From Auanema rhodensis (Eukaryota > Animalia > Nematoda), in NCBI GenBank assembly GCA_964057225.1, contig OZ059900.1:18352001-18416000 (forward strand): DNA of 64,000 nucleotides, in the 5' to 3' direction. The translations under genes and the position numbers were made by a program. Within the stretch, counting starts at the first letter, position 1. Each line of letters begins with the position of its first letter. Under the pieces are notes generated by a model. It saw nothing but the letters and a program-made list of their open reading frames with translations, was not told where the DNA came from and did not search any database. This document shows, in pieces, positions 42,101 through 56,740 of this stretch.

Positions 42101-42900
42101 GAATTTCAGCGTGTTACATACTAAAATGAAGCATTTTACATGCTGAACGCTAGAAAAATACAAAAACACAGTATTTCCCATGAGAAATATTTTATTATGC
42201 TGGAAAACCAGTTTTTGGAAATTTCGCTGTAAACAAGGTTTTGACTTACGATTTCATGTGTTCAAACTCATGCAATGTCAATGAAACCTAGCTCAAAATT
42301 GTTCCTACAACGTCTAGTTCCACTTTCACGACAAAAAAACCGGGGTTAGAAAATTAAGGAAATTAGCATATTCTGAGGGCACGCCCTTTATGGCTAATAT
42401 TGATTAAATCGATTTTTGTTCATATGAGTCGTCAAATGCAACGAATTTCAGCGTGTTACATACTAAAATGAAGCATTTTACATGCTGAACACTAGAAAAA
42501 TACAAAAACACAGTATTTCCCATGAGAAATATTTTATTATGCTGGAAAACCAGTTTTTGGAAATTTCGCTGTAAACAAGGTTTTGACTTACGATTTCATG
42601 TGTTCAAACTCATGCAATGTCAATGAAACCTAGCTCAAAATTGTTCCTACAACGTCTAGTTCCACTTTCACGACAAAAAAACCGGGGTTAGAAAATTAAG
42701 GAAATTAGCATATTCTGAGGGCACGCCCTTTATGGCTAATATTGATTAAATCGATTTTTGTTCATATGAGTCGTCAAATGCAACGAATTTCAGCGTGTTA
42801 CATACTAAAATGAAGCATTTTACATGCTGAACACTAGAAAAATACAAAAACACAGTATTTCCCATGAGAAATATTTTATTATGCTGGAAAACCAGTTTTT
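27181..42900. repeat. Large tandem duplication, copy 2 (46 monomers, 15,719 bp)
   Basis: It has the same ordered series of diagnostic variants as copy 1. It lacks one 341-bp monomer near 31448-31789 and carries a C>A at 31497 that is absent from copy 1. Confidence 0.92.
27688..37256. repeat. Nested 14-monomer higher-order duplication (period 4785 bp) inside copy 2
   Basis: The same markers occur at 27688/32473 and 30289/35074. The offset is 4785 = 14x342-3. Confidence 0.9.
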
Positions 42901-45900
42901 GGAAATTTCGCTGTAAACAAGGTTTTGACTTACGATTTCATGTGTTCAAACTCATGCAATGTCAATGAAACCTAGCTCAAAATTGTTCGTACAACGTCTA
43001 GTTCCACTTTCACGACTAAAAAACACGGGTTAGAAAATTAAGGAAATTAGCATATTCTGAGGGCACGCCCCTTATGGCTAATATTGATTAAATCGATTTT
43101 TGTTCATATGAGTCGTCAAATGCAACGAATTTCAGCGTGTTACATACTAAAATGAAGCATTTTACATGCTGAACACTAGAAAAATACAAAAACACAGTAT
43201 TTCCCATGAGAAATATTTTATTATGCTGGAAAACCAGTTTTTGGAAATTTCGCTGTAAACAAGGTTTTGACTTACGATTTCATGTGTTCAAACTCATGAA
43301 ATGTCAATGAAACCTAGCTCAAAATTGTTCGTACAACGTCTAGTTCCACTTTCACGACTAAAAAACACGGGTTAGAAAATTAAGGAAATTAGCATATTCT
43401 GAGGGCACGCCCCTTATGGCTAATATTGATTAAATCGATTTTTGTTCATATGAGTCGTCAAATGCAACGAATTTCAGCGTGTTACATACTAAAATGAAGC
43501 ATTTTACATGCTGAACACTAGAAAAATACAAAAACACAGTAATACCCATGAGAAATATTTTATTATGCTGGAAAACCAGTTTTTGGAAATTTCGCTGTAA
43601 ACAAGGTTTTGACTTACGATTTCATGTGTTCAAACTCATGCAATGTCAATGAAACCTAGCTCAAAATTGTTCGTACAACGTCTAGTTCCACTTTCACGAC
43701 AAAAAAACAGGGGTTAGAAAATTAAGGAAATTCGCATATTCTGAGGGCACGCCCCTTATGGCTAATATTGATTAAATCGATTTTTGTTCATATGAGTCGT
43801 CAAATGCAACGAATTTCAGCGTGTTACATACTAAAATGAAGCATTTTACATGCTGAACACTAGAAAAATACAAAAACACAGTATTTCCCATGAGAAATAT
43901 TTTATTATGCTGGAAAACCAGTTTTTGGAAATTTCGCTGTAAACAAGGTTTTGACTTACGATTTCATGTGTTCAAACTCATGCAATGTCAATGAAACCTA
44001 GCTCAAAATTGTTCGTACAACGTCTAGTTCCACTTTCACGACAAAAAAACAGGGGTTAGAAAATTAAGGAAATTAGCATATTCTGAGGGCATGCCCTTTA
44101 TGGCTAATATTGATTAAATCGATTTTTGTTCATATGAGTCGTCAAATGCAACGAATTTCAGCGTGTTACATACTAAAATGAAGCATTTTACATGCTGAAC
44201 ACTAGAAAAATACAAAAACACAGTATTTCACATGAGAAATATTTTATTATGCTGGAAAACCAGTTTTTGGAAATTTCGCTGTAAACAAGGTTTTGACTTA
44301 CGATTTCATGTGTTCAAACTCATGCAATGTCAATGAAACCTAGCTCAAAATTGTTCCTACAACGTCTAGTTCCACTTTCACGACAAAAAAACCGGGGTTA
44401 GAAAATTAAGGAAATTAGCATATTCTGAGGGCACGCCCTTTATGGCTAATATTGATTAAATCGATTTTTGTTCATATGAGTCGTCAAATGCAACGAATTT
44501 CAGCGTGTTACATACTAAAATGAAGCATTTTACATGCTGAACACTAGAAAAATACAAAAACACAGTATTTCCCATGAGAAATATTTTATTATGCTGGAAA
44601 ACCAGTTTTTGGAAATTTCGCTGTAAACAAGGTTTTGACTTACGATTTCATGTGTTCCAACTCATGCAATGTCAATGAAACCTAGCTCAAAATTGTTCGT
44701 ACAACGTCTAGTTCCACTTTCACGACTAAAAAACACGGGTTAGAAAATTAAGGAAATTAGCATATTCTGAGGGCACGCCCTTTATGGCTAATATTGATTA
44801 AATCGATTTTTGTTCATATGAGTCGTCAAATGCAACGAATTTCAGCGTGTTACATACTAAAATGAAGCATTTTACATGCTGAACACTAGAAAAATACAAA
44901 AACACAGTAATACCCATGAGAAATATTTTATTATGCTGGAAAACCAGTTTTTGGAAATTTCGCTGTAAACAAGGTTTTGACTTACGATTTCATGTGTTCA
45001 AACTCATGCAATGTCAATGAAACCTAGCTAAACATTGTTCGTACAACGTCTAGTTCCACTTTCACGACAAAAAAACAGGGGTTAGAAAATTAAGGAAATT
45101 CGCATATTCTGAGGGCACGCCCTTTATGGCTAATATTGATTAAATCGATTTTTGTTCATATGAGTCGTCAAATGCAACGAATTTCAGCGTGTTACATACT
45201 AAAATGAAGCATTTTACATGCTGAACACTAGAAAAATACAAAAACACAGTAATACCCATGAGAAATATTTTATTATGCTGGAAAACCAGTTTTTGGAAAT
45301 TTCGCTGTAAACAAGGTTTTGACTTACGATTTCATGTGTTCAAACTCACGCAATGTCAATGAAACCTAGCTAAAAATTGTTCGTACAACGTCTAGTTCCA
45401 CTTTCACGACAAAAAAACAGGGGTTAGAAAATTAAGGAAATTCGCATATTCTGAGGGCACGCCCCTTATGGCTAATATTGATTAAATCGATTTTTGTTCA
45501 TATGAGTCGTCAAATGCAAAGAATTTCAGCGTGTTACATACTAAAATGAAGCATTTTACATGCTGAACACTAGAAAAATACAAAAACACAGTATTTCCCA
45601 TGAGAAATATTTTATTATGCTGGAAAACCAGTTTTTGGAAATTTCGCTGTAAACAAGGTTTTGACTTACGATTTCATGTGTTCAAACTCATGCAATGTCA
45701 ATGAAACCTAGCTCAAAATTGTTCGTACAACGTCTAGTTCCACTTTCACGACAAAAAAACAGGGGTTAGAAAATTAAGGAAATTAGCATATTCTGAGGGC
45801 ACGCCCTTTATGGCTAATATTGATTAAATCGATTTTTGTTCATATGAGTCGTCAAATGCAACGAATTTCAGCGTGTTACATACTAAAATGAAGCATTTTA

Positions 45901-46484
45901 CATGCTGAACACTAGAAAAATACAAAAACACAGTATTTCCCATGAGAAATATTTTATTATGCTGGAAAACCAGTTTTTGGAAATTTCGCTGTAAACAAGG
46001 TTTTGACTTACGATTTCATGTGTTCAAACTCATGCAATGTCAATGAAACCTAGCTCAAAATTGTTAATACAACGTCTAGTTCCACTTTCACGACAAAAAA
46101 ACAGGGGTTAGAAAATTAAGGAAATTAGCATATTCTGAGGGCACGCCCTTTATGGCTAATATTGATTAAATCGATTTTTGTTCATATGAGTCGTGAAATG
46201 CAACGAATTTCAGCGTGTTACATACTAAAATAAAGCATTTTACATGCTGAACACTAGAAAAATACAAAAACACAGTATTTCCCATGAGAAATATTTTATT
46301 ATGCTGGAAAACCAGTTTTTGGAAATTTCGCTGTAAACAAGGTTTTGACTTACGATTTCATGTGTTCAAACTCATGCAATGTCAATGAAACCTAGCTCAA
46401 AATTGTTCGTACAACGTCTAGTTCCACTTTCACGACAAAAAAACAGGGGTTAGAAAATTAAGGAAATTAGCATATTCTGAGGGC

Positions 46485-49400
46485 ACGCCCCTTATGGCTA
46501 ATATTGATTAAATCGATTTTTGTTCATATGAGTCGTCAAATGCAACGAATTTCAGCGTGTTACATACTAAAATGAAGCATTTTACATGCTGAACACTAGA
46601 AAAATACAAAAACACAGTATTTCCCATGAGAAATATTTTATTATGCTGGAAAACCAGTTTTTGGAAATTTCGCTGTAAACAAGGTTTTGACTTACGATTT
46701 CATGTGTTCAAACTCATGCAATGTCAATGAAACCTAGCTCAAAATTGTTCCTACAACGTCTAGTTCTACTTTCACGACAAAAAAACAGGGGTTAGAAAAT
46801 TAAGGAAATTAGCATATTCTGAGGGCACGCCCTTTATGGCTAATATTGATTAAATCGATTTTTGTTCATATGAGTCGTCAAATGCAACGAATTTCAGCGT
46901 GTTACATACTAAAATGAAGCATTTTACATGCTGAACACTAGAAAAATACAAAAACACAGTATTTCCCATGAGAAATATTTTATTATGCTGGAAAACCAGT
47001 TTTTGGAAATTTCGCTGTAAACAAGGTTTTGACTTACGATTTCATGTGTTCAAACTCATGCAATGTCAATGAAACCTAGCTCAAAATTGTTCCTACAACG
47101 TCTAGTTCCACTTTCACGACAAAAAAATAGGGGTTAGAAAATTAAGGAAATTAGCATATTCTGAGGGCACGCCCCTTATGGCTAATATTGATTAAATCGA
47201 TTTTTGTTCATATGAGTAGTCAAATGCAACGAATTTCAGCGTGTTACATACTAAAATGAAGCATTTTACATGCTGAACACTAGAAAAATACAAAAACACA
47301 GTATTTCCCATGAGAAATATTTTATTATGCTGGAAAACCAGTTTTTGGAAATTTCGCTGTAAACAAGGTTTTGACTTACGATTTCATGTGTTCAAACTCA
47401 TGCAATGTCAATGAAACCTAGCTCAAAATTGTTAATACAACGTCTAGTTCCACTTTCACGACAAAAAAACAGGGGTTAGAAAATTAAGGAAATTAGCATA
47501 TTCTGAGGGCACGCCCTTTATGGCTAATATTGATTAAATCGATTTTTGTTCATATGAGTCGTCAAATGCAACGAATTTCAGCGTGTTACATACTAAAATG
47601 AAGCATTTTACATGCTGAACACTAGAAAAATACAAAAACACAGTATTTCCCATGAGAAATATTTTATTATGCTGGAAAACCAGTTTTTGGAAATTTCGCT
47701 GTAAACAAGGTTTTGACTTACGATTTCATGTGTTCAAACTCATGCAATGTCAATGAAACCTAGCTCAAAATTGTTCGTACAACGTCTAGTTCCACTTTCA
47801 CGACAAAAAAACAGGGGTTAGAAAATTAAGGAAATTAGCATATTCTGAGGGCACGCCCTTTATGGCTAATATTGATTAAATCGATTTTTGTTCATATGAG
47901 TCGTCAAATGCAACGAATTTCAGCGTGTTACATACTAAAATGAAGCATTTTACATGCTGAACACTGGAAAAATACAAAAACACAGTGTTTCCCATGAGAA
48001 ATATTTTATTATGCTGGAAAACCAGTTTTTGGAAATTTCGCTGTAAACAAGGTTTTGACTTACGATTTCATGTGTTCAAACTCATGCAATGTCAATGAAA
48101 CCTAGCTCAAAATTGTTCGTACAACGTCTAGTTCCACTTTCACGACAAAAAAACAGGGGTTAGAAAATTAAGGAAATTAGCATATTCTGAGGGCACGCCC
48201 CTTATGGCTAATATTGATTAAATCGATTTTTGTTCATATGAGTCGTCAAATGCAACGAATTTCAGCGTGTTACATACTAAAATGAAGCATTTTACATGCT
48301 GAACACTAGAAAAATACAAAAACACAGTATTTCCCATGAGAAATATTTTATTATGCTGGAAAACCAGTTTTTGGAAATTTCGCTGTAAACAAGGTTTTGA
48401 CTTACGATTTCATGTGTTCAAACTCATGCAATGTCAATGAAACCTAGCTCAAAATTGTTCCTACAACGTCTAGTTCTACTTTCACGACAAAAAAACAGGG
48501 GTTAGAAAATTAAGGAAATTAGCATATTCTGAGGGCACGCCCTTTATGGCTAATATTGATTAAATCGATTTTTGTTCATATGAGTCGTCAAATGCAACGA
48601 ATTTCAGCGTGTTACATACTAAAATGAAGCATTTTACATGCTGAACACTAGAAAAATACAAAAACACAGTATTTCCCATGAGAAATATTTTATTATGCTG
48701 GAAAACCAGTTTTTGGAAATTTCGCTGTAAACAAGGTTTTGACTTACGATTTCATGTGTTCAAACTCATGCAATGTCAATGAAACCTAGCTCAAAATTGT
48801 TCCTACAACGTCTAGTTCCACTTTCACGACAAAAAAATAGGGGTTAGAAAATTAAGGAAATTAGCATATTCTGAGGGCACGCCCTTTATGGCTAATATTG
48901 ATTAAATCGATTTTTGTTCATATGAGTCGTCAAATGCAACGAATTTCAGCGTGTTACATACTGAAATGAAGCATTTTACATGCTGAACACTAGAAAAATA
49001 CAAAAACACAGTATTTCTCATGAGAAATATTTTATTATGCTGGAAAACCAGTTTTTGGAAATTTCGCTGTAAACAAGGTTTTGACTTACGATTTCATGTG
49101 TTCAAACTCATGCAATGTCAATGAAACCTAGCTCAAAATTGTTAATACAACGTCTAGTTCCACTTTCACGACAAAAAAACAGGGGTTAGAAAATTAAGGA
49201 AATTAGCATATTCTGAGGGCACGCCCTTTATGGCTAATATTGATTAAATCGATTTTTGTTCATATGAGTCGTCAAATGCAACGAATTTCAGCGTGTTACA
49301 TACTAAAATGAAGCATTTTACATGCTGAACACTAGAAAAATACAAAAACACAGTATTTCCCATGAGAAATATTTTATTATGCTGGAAAACCAGTTTTTGG

Positions 49401-49904
49401 AAATTTCGCTGTAAACAAGGTTTTGACTTACGATTTCATGTGTTCAAACTCATGCAATGTCAATGAAACCTAGCTCAAAATTGTTCGTACAACGTCTAGT
49501 TCCACTTTCACGACAAAAAAACAGGGGTTAGAAAATTAAGGAAATTAGCATATTCTGAGGGCACGCCCTTTATGGCTAATATTGATTAAATCGATTTTTG
49601 TTCATATGAGTCGTCAAATGCAACGAATTTCAGCGTGTTACATACTAAAATGAAGCATTTTACATGCTGAACACTAGAAAAATACAAAAACACAGTATTT
49701 CCCATGAGAAATATTTTATTATGCTGGAAAACCAGTTTTTGGAAATTTCGCTGTAAACAAGGTTTTGACTTACGATTTCATGTGTTCAAACTCATGCAAT
49801 GTCAATGAAACCTAGCTCAAAATTGTTCCTACAACGTCTAGTTCCACTTTCACGACAAAAAAACAGGGGTTAGAAAATTAAGGAAATTAGCATATTCTGA
49901 GGGC
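46485..49904. repeat. Imperfect 5-monomer tandem duplication (period 1710 bp)
   Basis: TTCTACT at 46767/48477, AAAATAG at 47128/48838 and GTTAATAC at ~47435/49145. Confidence 0.8.
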
Positions 49905-52250
49905 ACGCCCCTTATGGCTAATATTGATTAAATCGATTTTTGTTCATATGAGTCGTCAAATGCAACGAATTTCAGCGTGTTACATACTAAAATGAAGCAT
50001 TTTACATGCTGAACACTAGAAAAATACAAAAACACAGTTTTTCCCATGAGAAATATTTTATTATGCTGGAAAACCAGTTTTTGGAAATTTCGCTGTAAAC
50101 AAGGTTTTGACTTACGATTTCATGTGTTCAAACTCATGCAATGTCAATGAAACCTAGCTCAAAATTGTTCGTACAACGTCTAGTTCCACTTTCACGACAA
50201 AAAACAGGGGTTAGAAAATTAAGGAAATTAGCATATTCTGAGGGCACGCCCCTTATGGCTAATATTGATTAATTCGATTTTTGTTCATATGAGTCGTCAA
50301 ATGCAACGAATTTCAGCGTGTTACATACTAAAATGAAGCATTTTACATGCTGAACACTAGAAAAATACAAAAACACAGTATTTCACATGAGAAATATTTT
50401 ATTATGCTGGAAAACCAGTTTTTGGAAATTTCGCTGTAAACAAGGTTTTGACTTACGATTTCATGTGTTCAAACTCATGCAATGTCAATGAAACCTAGCT
50501 CAAAATTGTTCCTACAACGTCTAGTTCCACTTTCACGACAAAAAAACCGGGGTTAGAAAGTTAAGGAAATTAGCATATTCTGAGGGCACGCCCTTTATGG
50601 CTAATATTGATTAAATCGATTTTTGTTCATATGAGTCGTCAAATGCAACGAATTTCAGCGTGTTACATACTAAAATGAAGCATTTTACATGCTGAACACT
50701 AGAAAAATACAAAAACACAGTATTTCCCATGAGAAATATTTTATTATGCTGGAAAACCAGTTTTTGGAAATTTCGCTGTAAACAAGGTTTTGACTTACGA
50801 TTTCATGTGTTCAAACTCATGCAATGTCAATGAAACCTAGCTCAAAATTGTTCGTACAACGTCTAGTTCCACTTTCACGACTAAAAAACACGGGTTAGAA
50901 AATTAAGGAAATTAGCATATTCTGAGGGCACGCCCTTTATAGCTAATATTGATTAAATCGATTTTTGTTCATATGAGTCGTCAAATGCAACGAATTTCAG
51001 CGTGTTACATACTAAAATGAAGCATTTTACATGCTGAACGCTAGAAAAATACAAAAACACAGTATTTCCCATGAGAAATATTTTATTATGCTGGAAAACC
51101 AGTTTTTGGAAATTTCGCTGTAAACAAGGTTTTGACTTACGATTTCATGTGTTCAAACTCATGCAATGTCAATGAAACCTAGCTCAAAATTGTTCGTACA
51201 ACGTCTAGTTCCACTTTCACGACAAAAAACAGGGGTTAGAAAATTAAGGAAATTAGCATATTCTGAGGGCACGCCCCTTATGGCTAATATTGATTAATTC
51301 GATTTTTGTTCATATGAGTCGTCAAATGCAACGAATTTCAGCGTGTTACATACTAAAATGAAGCATTTTACATGCTGAACACTAGAAAAATACAAAAACA
51401 CAGTATTTCCCATGAGAAATATTTTATTATGCTGGAAAACCAGTTTTTGGAAATTTCGCTGTAAACAAGGTTTTGACTTACGATTTCATGTGTTCAAACT
51501 CATGCAATGTCAATGAAACCTAGCTCAAAATTGTTCCTACAACGTCTAGTTCCACTTTCACGACAAAAAAACAGGGGTTAGAAAATTAAGGAAATTAGCA
51601 TATTCTGAGGGCACGCCCCTTATGGCTAATATTGATTAAATCGATTTTTGTTCATATGAGTCGTCAAATGCAACGAATTTCAGCGTGTTACATACTAAAA
51701 TGAAGCATTTTACATGCTGAACACTAGAAAAATACAAAAACACAGTTTTTCCCATGAGAAATATTTTATTATGCTGGAAAACCAGTTTTTGGAAATTTCG
51801 CTGTAAACAAGGTTTTGACTTACGATTTCATGTGTTCAAACTCATGCAATGTCAATGAAACCTAGCTCAAAATTGTTCGTACAACGTCTAGTTCCACTTT
51901 CACGACAAAAAACAGGGGTTAGAAAATTAAGGAAATTAGCATATTCTGAGGGCACGCCCCTTATGGCTAATATTGATTAATTCGATTTTTGTTCATATGA
52001 GTCGTCAAATGCAACGAATTTCAGCGTGTTACATACTAAAATGAAGCATTTTACATGCTGAACACTAGAAAAATACAAAAACACAGTATTTCACATGAGA
52101 AATATTTTATTATGCTGGAAAACCAGTTTTTGGAAATTTCGCTGTAAACAAGGTTTTGACTTACGATTTCATGTGTTCAAACTCATGCAATGTCAATGAA
52201 ACCTAGCTCAAAATTGTTCGTACAACGTCTAGTTCCACTTTCACGACTAA
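49905..52250. repeat. Partial 5-monomer duplication (period 1708 bp)
   Basis: CAGTTTTT at 50039/51747 and TAATTCGA at 50273/51981, each with a linked A6 tract and TTTCACATG. Confidence 0.72.
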
Positions 52251-55200
52251 AAAACACGGGTTAGAAAATTAAGGAAATTAGCATATTCTGAGGGCACGCC
52301 CTTTATGGCTAATATTGATTAAATCGATTTTTGTTCATATGAGTTGTCAAATGCAACGAATTTCAGCGTGTTACATACTAAAATGAAGCATTTTACATGC
52401 TGAACGCTAGAAAAATACAAAAACACAGTATTTCCCATGAGAAATATTTTATTATGCTGGAAAACCAGTTTTTGGAAATTTCGCTGTAAACAAGGTTTTG
52501 ACTTACGATTTCATGTGTTCAAACTCATGCAATGTCAATGAAACCTAGCTCAAAATTGTTCGTACAACGTCTAGTTCCACTTTCACGACAAAAAAACAGG
52601 GGTTAGAAAATTAAGGAAATTAGCATATTCTGAGGGCACGCCCTTTATGGCTAATATTGATTAAATCGATTTTTGTTCATATGAGTCGTCAAATGCAACG
52701 AATTTCAGCGTGTTACATACTAAAATGAAGCATTTTACATGCTGAACACTAGAAAAATACAAAAACACAGTATTTCCCATGAGAAATATTTTATTATGCT
52801 GGAAAACCAGTTTTTGGAAATTTCGCTGTAAACAAGGTTTTGACTTACGATTTCATGTGTTCAAACTCATGCAATGTCAATGAAACCTAGCTCAAAATTG
52901 TTCCTACAACGTCTAGTTCTACTTTCACGACAAAAAAACAGGGGTTAGAAAATTAAGGAAATTAGCATATTCTGAGGGCACGCCCTTTATGGCTAATATT
53001 GATTAAATCGATTTTTGTTCATATGAGTCGTCAAATGCAACGAATTTCAGCGTGTTACATACTAAAATGAAGCATTTTACATGCTGAACACTAGAAAAAT
53101 ACAAAAACACAGTATTTCCCATGAGAAATATTTTATTATGCTGGAAAACCAGTTTTTGGAAATTTCGCTGTAAACAAGGTTTTGACTTACGATTTCATGT
53201 GTTCAAACTCATGCAATGTCAATGAAACCTAGCTCAAAATTGTTCCTACAACGTCTAGTTCCACTTTCACGACAAAAAAATAGGGGTTAGAAAATTAAGG
53301 AAATTAGCATATTCTGAGGGCACGCCCCTTATGGCTAATATTGATTAAATCGATTTTTGTTCATATGAGTAGTCAAATGCAACGAATTTCAGCGTGTTAC
53401 ATACTAAAATGAAGCATTTTACATGCTGAACACTAGAAAAATACAAAAACACAGTATTTCCCATGAGAAATATTTTATTATGCTGGAAAACCAGTTTTTG
53501 GAAATTTCGCTGTAAACAAGGTTTTGACTTACGATTTCATGTGTTCAAACTCATGCAATGTCAATGAAACCTAGCTCAAAATTGTTCGTACAACGTCTAG
53601 TTCCACTTTCACGACAAAAAAACAGGGGTTAGAAAATTAAGGAAATTAGCATATTCTGAGGGCACGCCCTTTATGGCTAATATTGATTAAATCGATTTTT
53701 GTTCATATGAGTCGTCAAATGCAACGAATTTCAGCGTGTTACATACTGAAATGAAGCATTTTACATGCTGAACACTAGAAAAATACAAAAACACAGTATT
53801 TCTCATGAGAAATATTTTATTATGCTGGAAAACCAGTTTTTGGAAATTTCGCTGTAAACAAGGTTTTGACTTACGATTTCATGTGTTCAAACTCATGCAA
53901 TGTCAATGAAACCTAGCTCAAAATTGTTAATACAACGTCTAGTTCCACTTTCACGACAAAAAAACAGGGGTTAGAAAATTAAGGAAATTAGCATATTCTG
54001 AGGGCACGCCCTTTATGGCTAATATTGATTAAATCGATTTTTGTTCATATGAGTCGTCAAATGCAACGAATTTCAGCGTGTTACATACTAAAATGAAGCA
54101 TTTTACATGCTGAACACTAGAAAAATACAAAAACACAGTATTTCCCATGAGAAATATTTTATTATGCTGGAAAACCAGTTTTTGGAAAGTTCGCTGTAAA
54201 CAAGGTTTTGACTTACGATTTCATGTGTTCAAACTCATGCAATGTCAATGAAACCTAGCTCAAAATTGTTCGTACAACGTCTAGTTCCACTTTCACGACA
54301 AAAAACAGGGGTTAGAAAATTAAGGAAATTAGCATATTCTGAGGGCACGCCCCTTATGGCTAATATTGATTAATTCGATTTTTGTTCATATGAGTCGTCA
54401 AATGCAACGAATTTCAGCGTGTTACATACTAAAATGAAGCATTTTACATGCTGAACACTAGAAAAATACAAAAACACAGTATTTCACATGAGAAATATTT
54501 TATTATGCTGGAAAACCAGTTTTTGGAAATTTCGCTGTAAACAAGGTTTTGACTTACGATTTCATGTGTTCAAACTCATGCAATGTCAATGAAACCTAGC
54601 TCAAAATTGTTCCTACAACGTCTAGTTCCACTTTCACGACAAAAAAACCGGGGTTAGAAAATTAAGGAAATTAGCATATTCTGAGGGCACGCCCTTTATG
54701 GCTAATATTGATTAAATCGATTTTTGTTCATATGAGTCGTCAAATGCAACGAATTTCAGCGTGTTACATACTAAAATGAAGCATTTTACATGCTGAACAC
54801 TAGAAAAATACAAAAACACAGTATTTCCCATGAGAAATATTTTATTATGCTGGAAAACCAGTTTTTGGAAATTTCGCTGTAAACAAGGTTTTGACTTACG
54901 ATTTCATGTGTTCAAACTCATGCAATGTCAATGAAACCTAGCTCAAAATTGTTCGTACAACGTCTAGTTCCACTTTCACGACTAAAAAACACGGGTTAGA
55001 AAATTAAGGAAATTAGCATATTCTGAGGGCACGCCCTTTATGGCTAATATTGATTAAATCGATTTTTGTTCATATGAGTCGTCAAATGCAACGAATTTCA
55101 GCGTGTTACATACTAAAATGAAGCATTTTACATGCTGAACGCTAGAAAAATACAAAAACACAGTATTTCCCATGAGAAATATTTTATTATGCTGGAAAAC

Positions 55201-56740
55201 CAGTTTTTGGAAATTTCGCTGTAAACAAGGTTTTGACTTACGATTTCATGTGTTCAAACTCATGCAATGTCAATGAAACCTAGCTAAAAATTGTTCGTAC
55301 AACGTCTAGTTCCACTTTCACGACAAAAAAACAGGGGTTAGAAAATTAAGGAAATTCGCATATTCTGAGGGCACGCCCCTTATGGCTAATATTGATTAAA
55401 TCGATTTTTGTTCATATGAGTCGTCAAATGCAACGAATTTCAGCGTGTTACATACTAAAATGAAGCATTTTACATGCTGAACACTAGAAAAATACAAAAA
55501 CACAGTATTTCCCATGAGAAATATTTTATTATGCTGGAAAACCAGTTTTTGGAAATTTCGCTGTAAACAAGGTTTTGACTTACGATTTCATGTGTTCAAA
55601 CTCATGCAATGTCAATGAAACCTAGCTCAAAATTGTTCGTACAACGTCTAGTTCCACTTTCACGACAAAAAAACAGGGGTTAGAAAATTAAGGAAATTAG
55701 CATATTCTGAGGGCACGCCCTTTATGGCTAATATTGATTAAATCGATTTTTGTTCATATGAGTCGTCAAATGCAACGAATTTCAGCGTGTTACATACTAA
55801 AATGAAGCATTTTACATGCTGAACACTAGAAAAATACAAAAACACAGTATTTCCCATGAGAAATATTTTATTATGCTGGAAAACCAGTTTTTGGAAATTT
55901 CGCTGTAAACAAGGTTTTGACTTACGATTTCATGTGTTCAAACTCATGCAATGTCAATGAAACCTAGCTCAAAATTGTTAATACAACGTCTAGTTCCACT
56001 TTCACGACAAAAAAACAGGGGTTAGAAAATTAAGGAAATTAGCATATTCTGAGGGCACGCCCTTTATGGCTAATATTGATTAAATCGATTTTTGTTCATA
56101 TGAGTCGTGAAATGCAACGAATTTCAGCGTGTTACATACTAAAATAAAGCATTTTACATGCTGAACACTAGAAAAATACAAAAACACAGTATTTCCCATG
56201 AGAAATATTTTATTATGCTGGAAAACCAGTTTTTGGAAATTTCGCTGTAAACAAGGTTTTGACTTACGATTTCATGTGTTCAAACTCATGCAATGTCAAT
56301 GAAACCTAGCTCAAAATTGTTCGTACAACGTCTAGTTCCACTTTCACGTCAAAAAAACAGGGGTTAGAAAATTAAGGAAATTAGCATATTCTGAGGGCAC
56401 GCCCCTTATGGCTAATATTGATTAAATCGATTTTTGTTCATATGAGTCGTCAAATGCAACGAATTTCAGCGTGTTACATACTAAAATGAAGCATTTTACA
56501 TGCTGAACACTAGAAAAATACAAAAACACAGTATTTCACATGAGAAATATTTTATTATGCTGGAAAACCAGTTTTTGGAAATTTCGCTGTAAACAAGGTT
56601 TTGACTTACGATTTCATGTGTTCAAACTCATGCAATGTCAATGAAACCTAGCTCAAAATTGTTCCTACAACGTCTAGTTCCACTTTCACGACAAAAAAAC
56701 CGGGGTTAGAAAATTAAGGAAATTAGCATATTCTGAGGGC

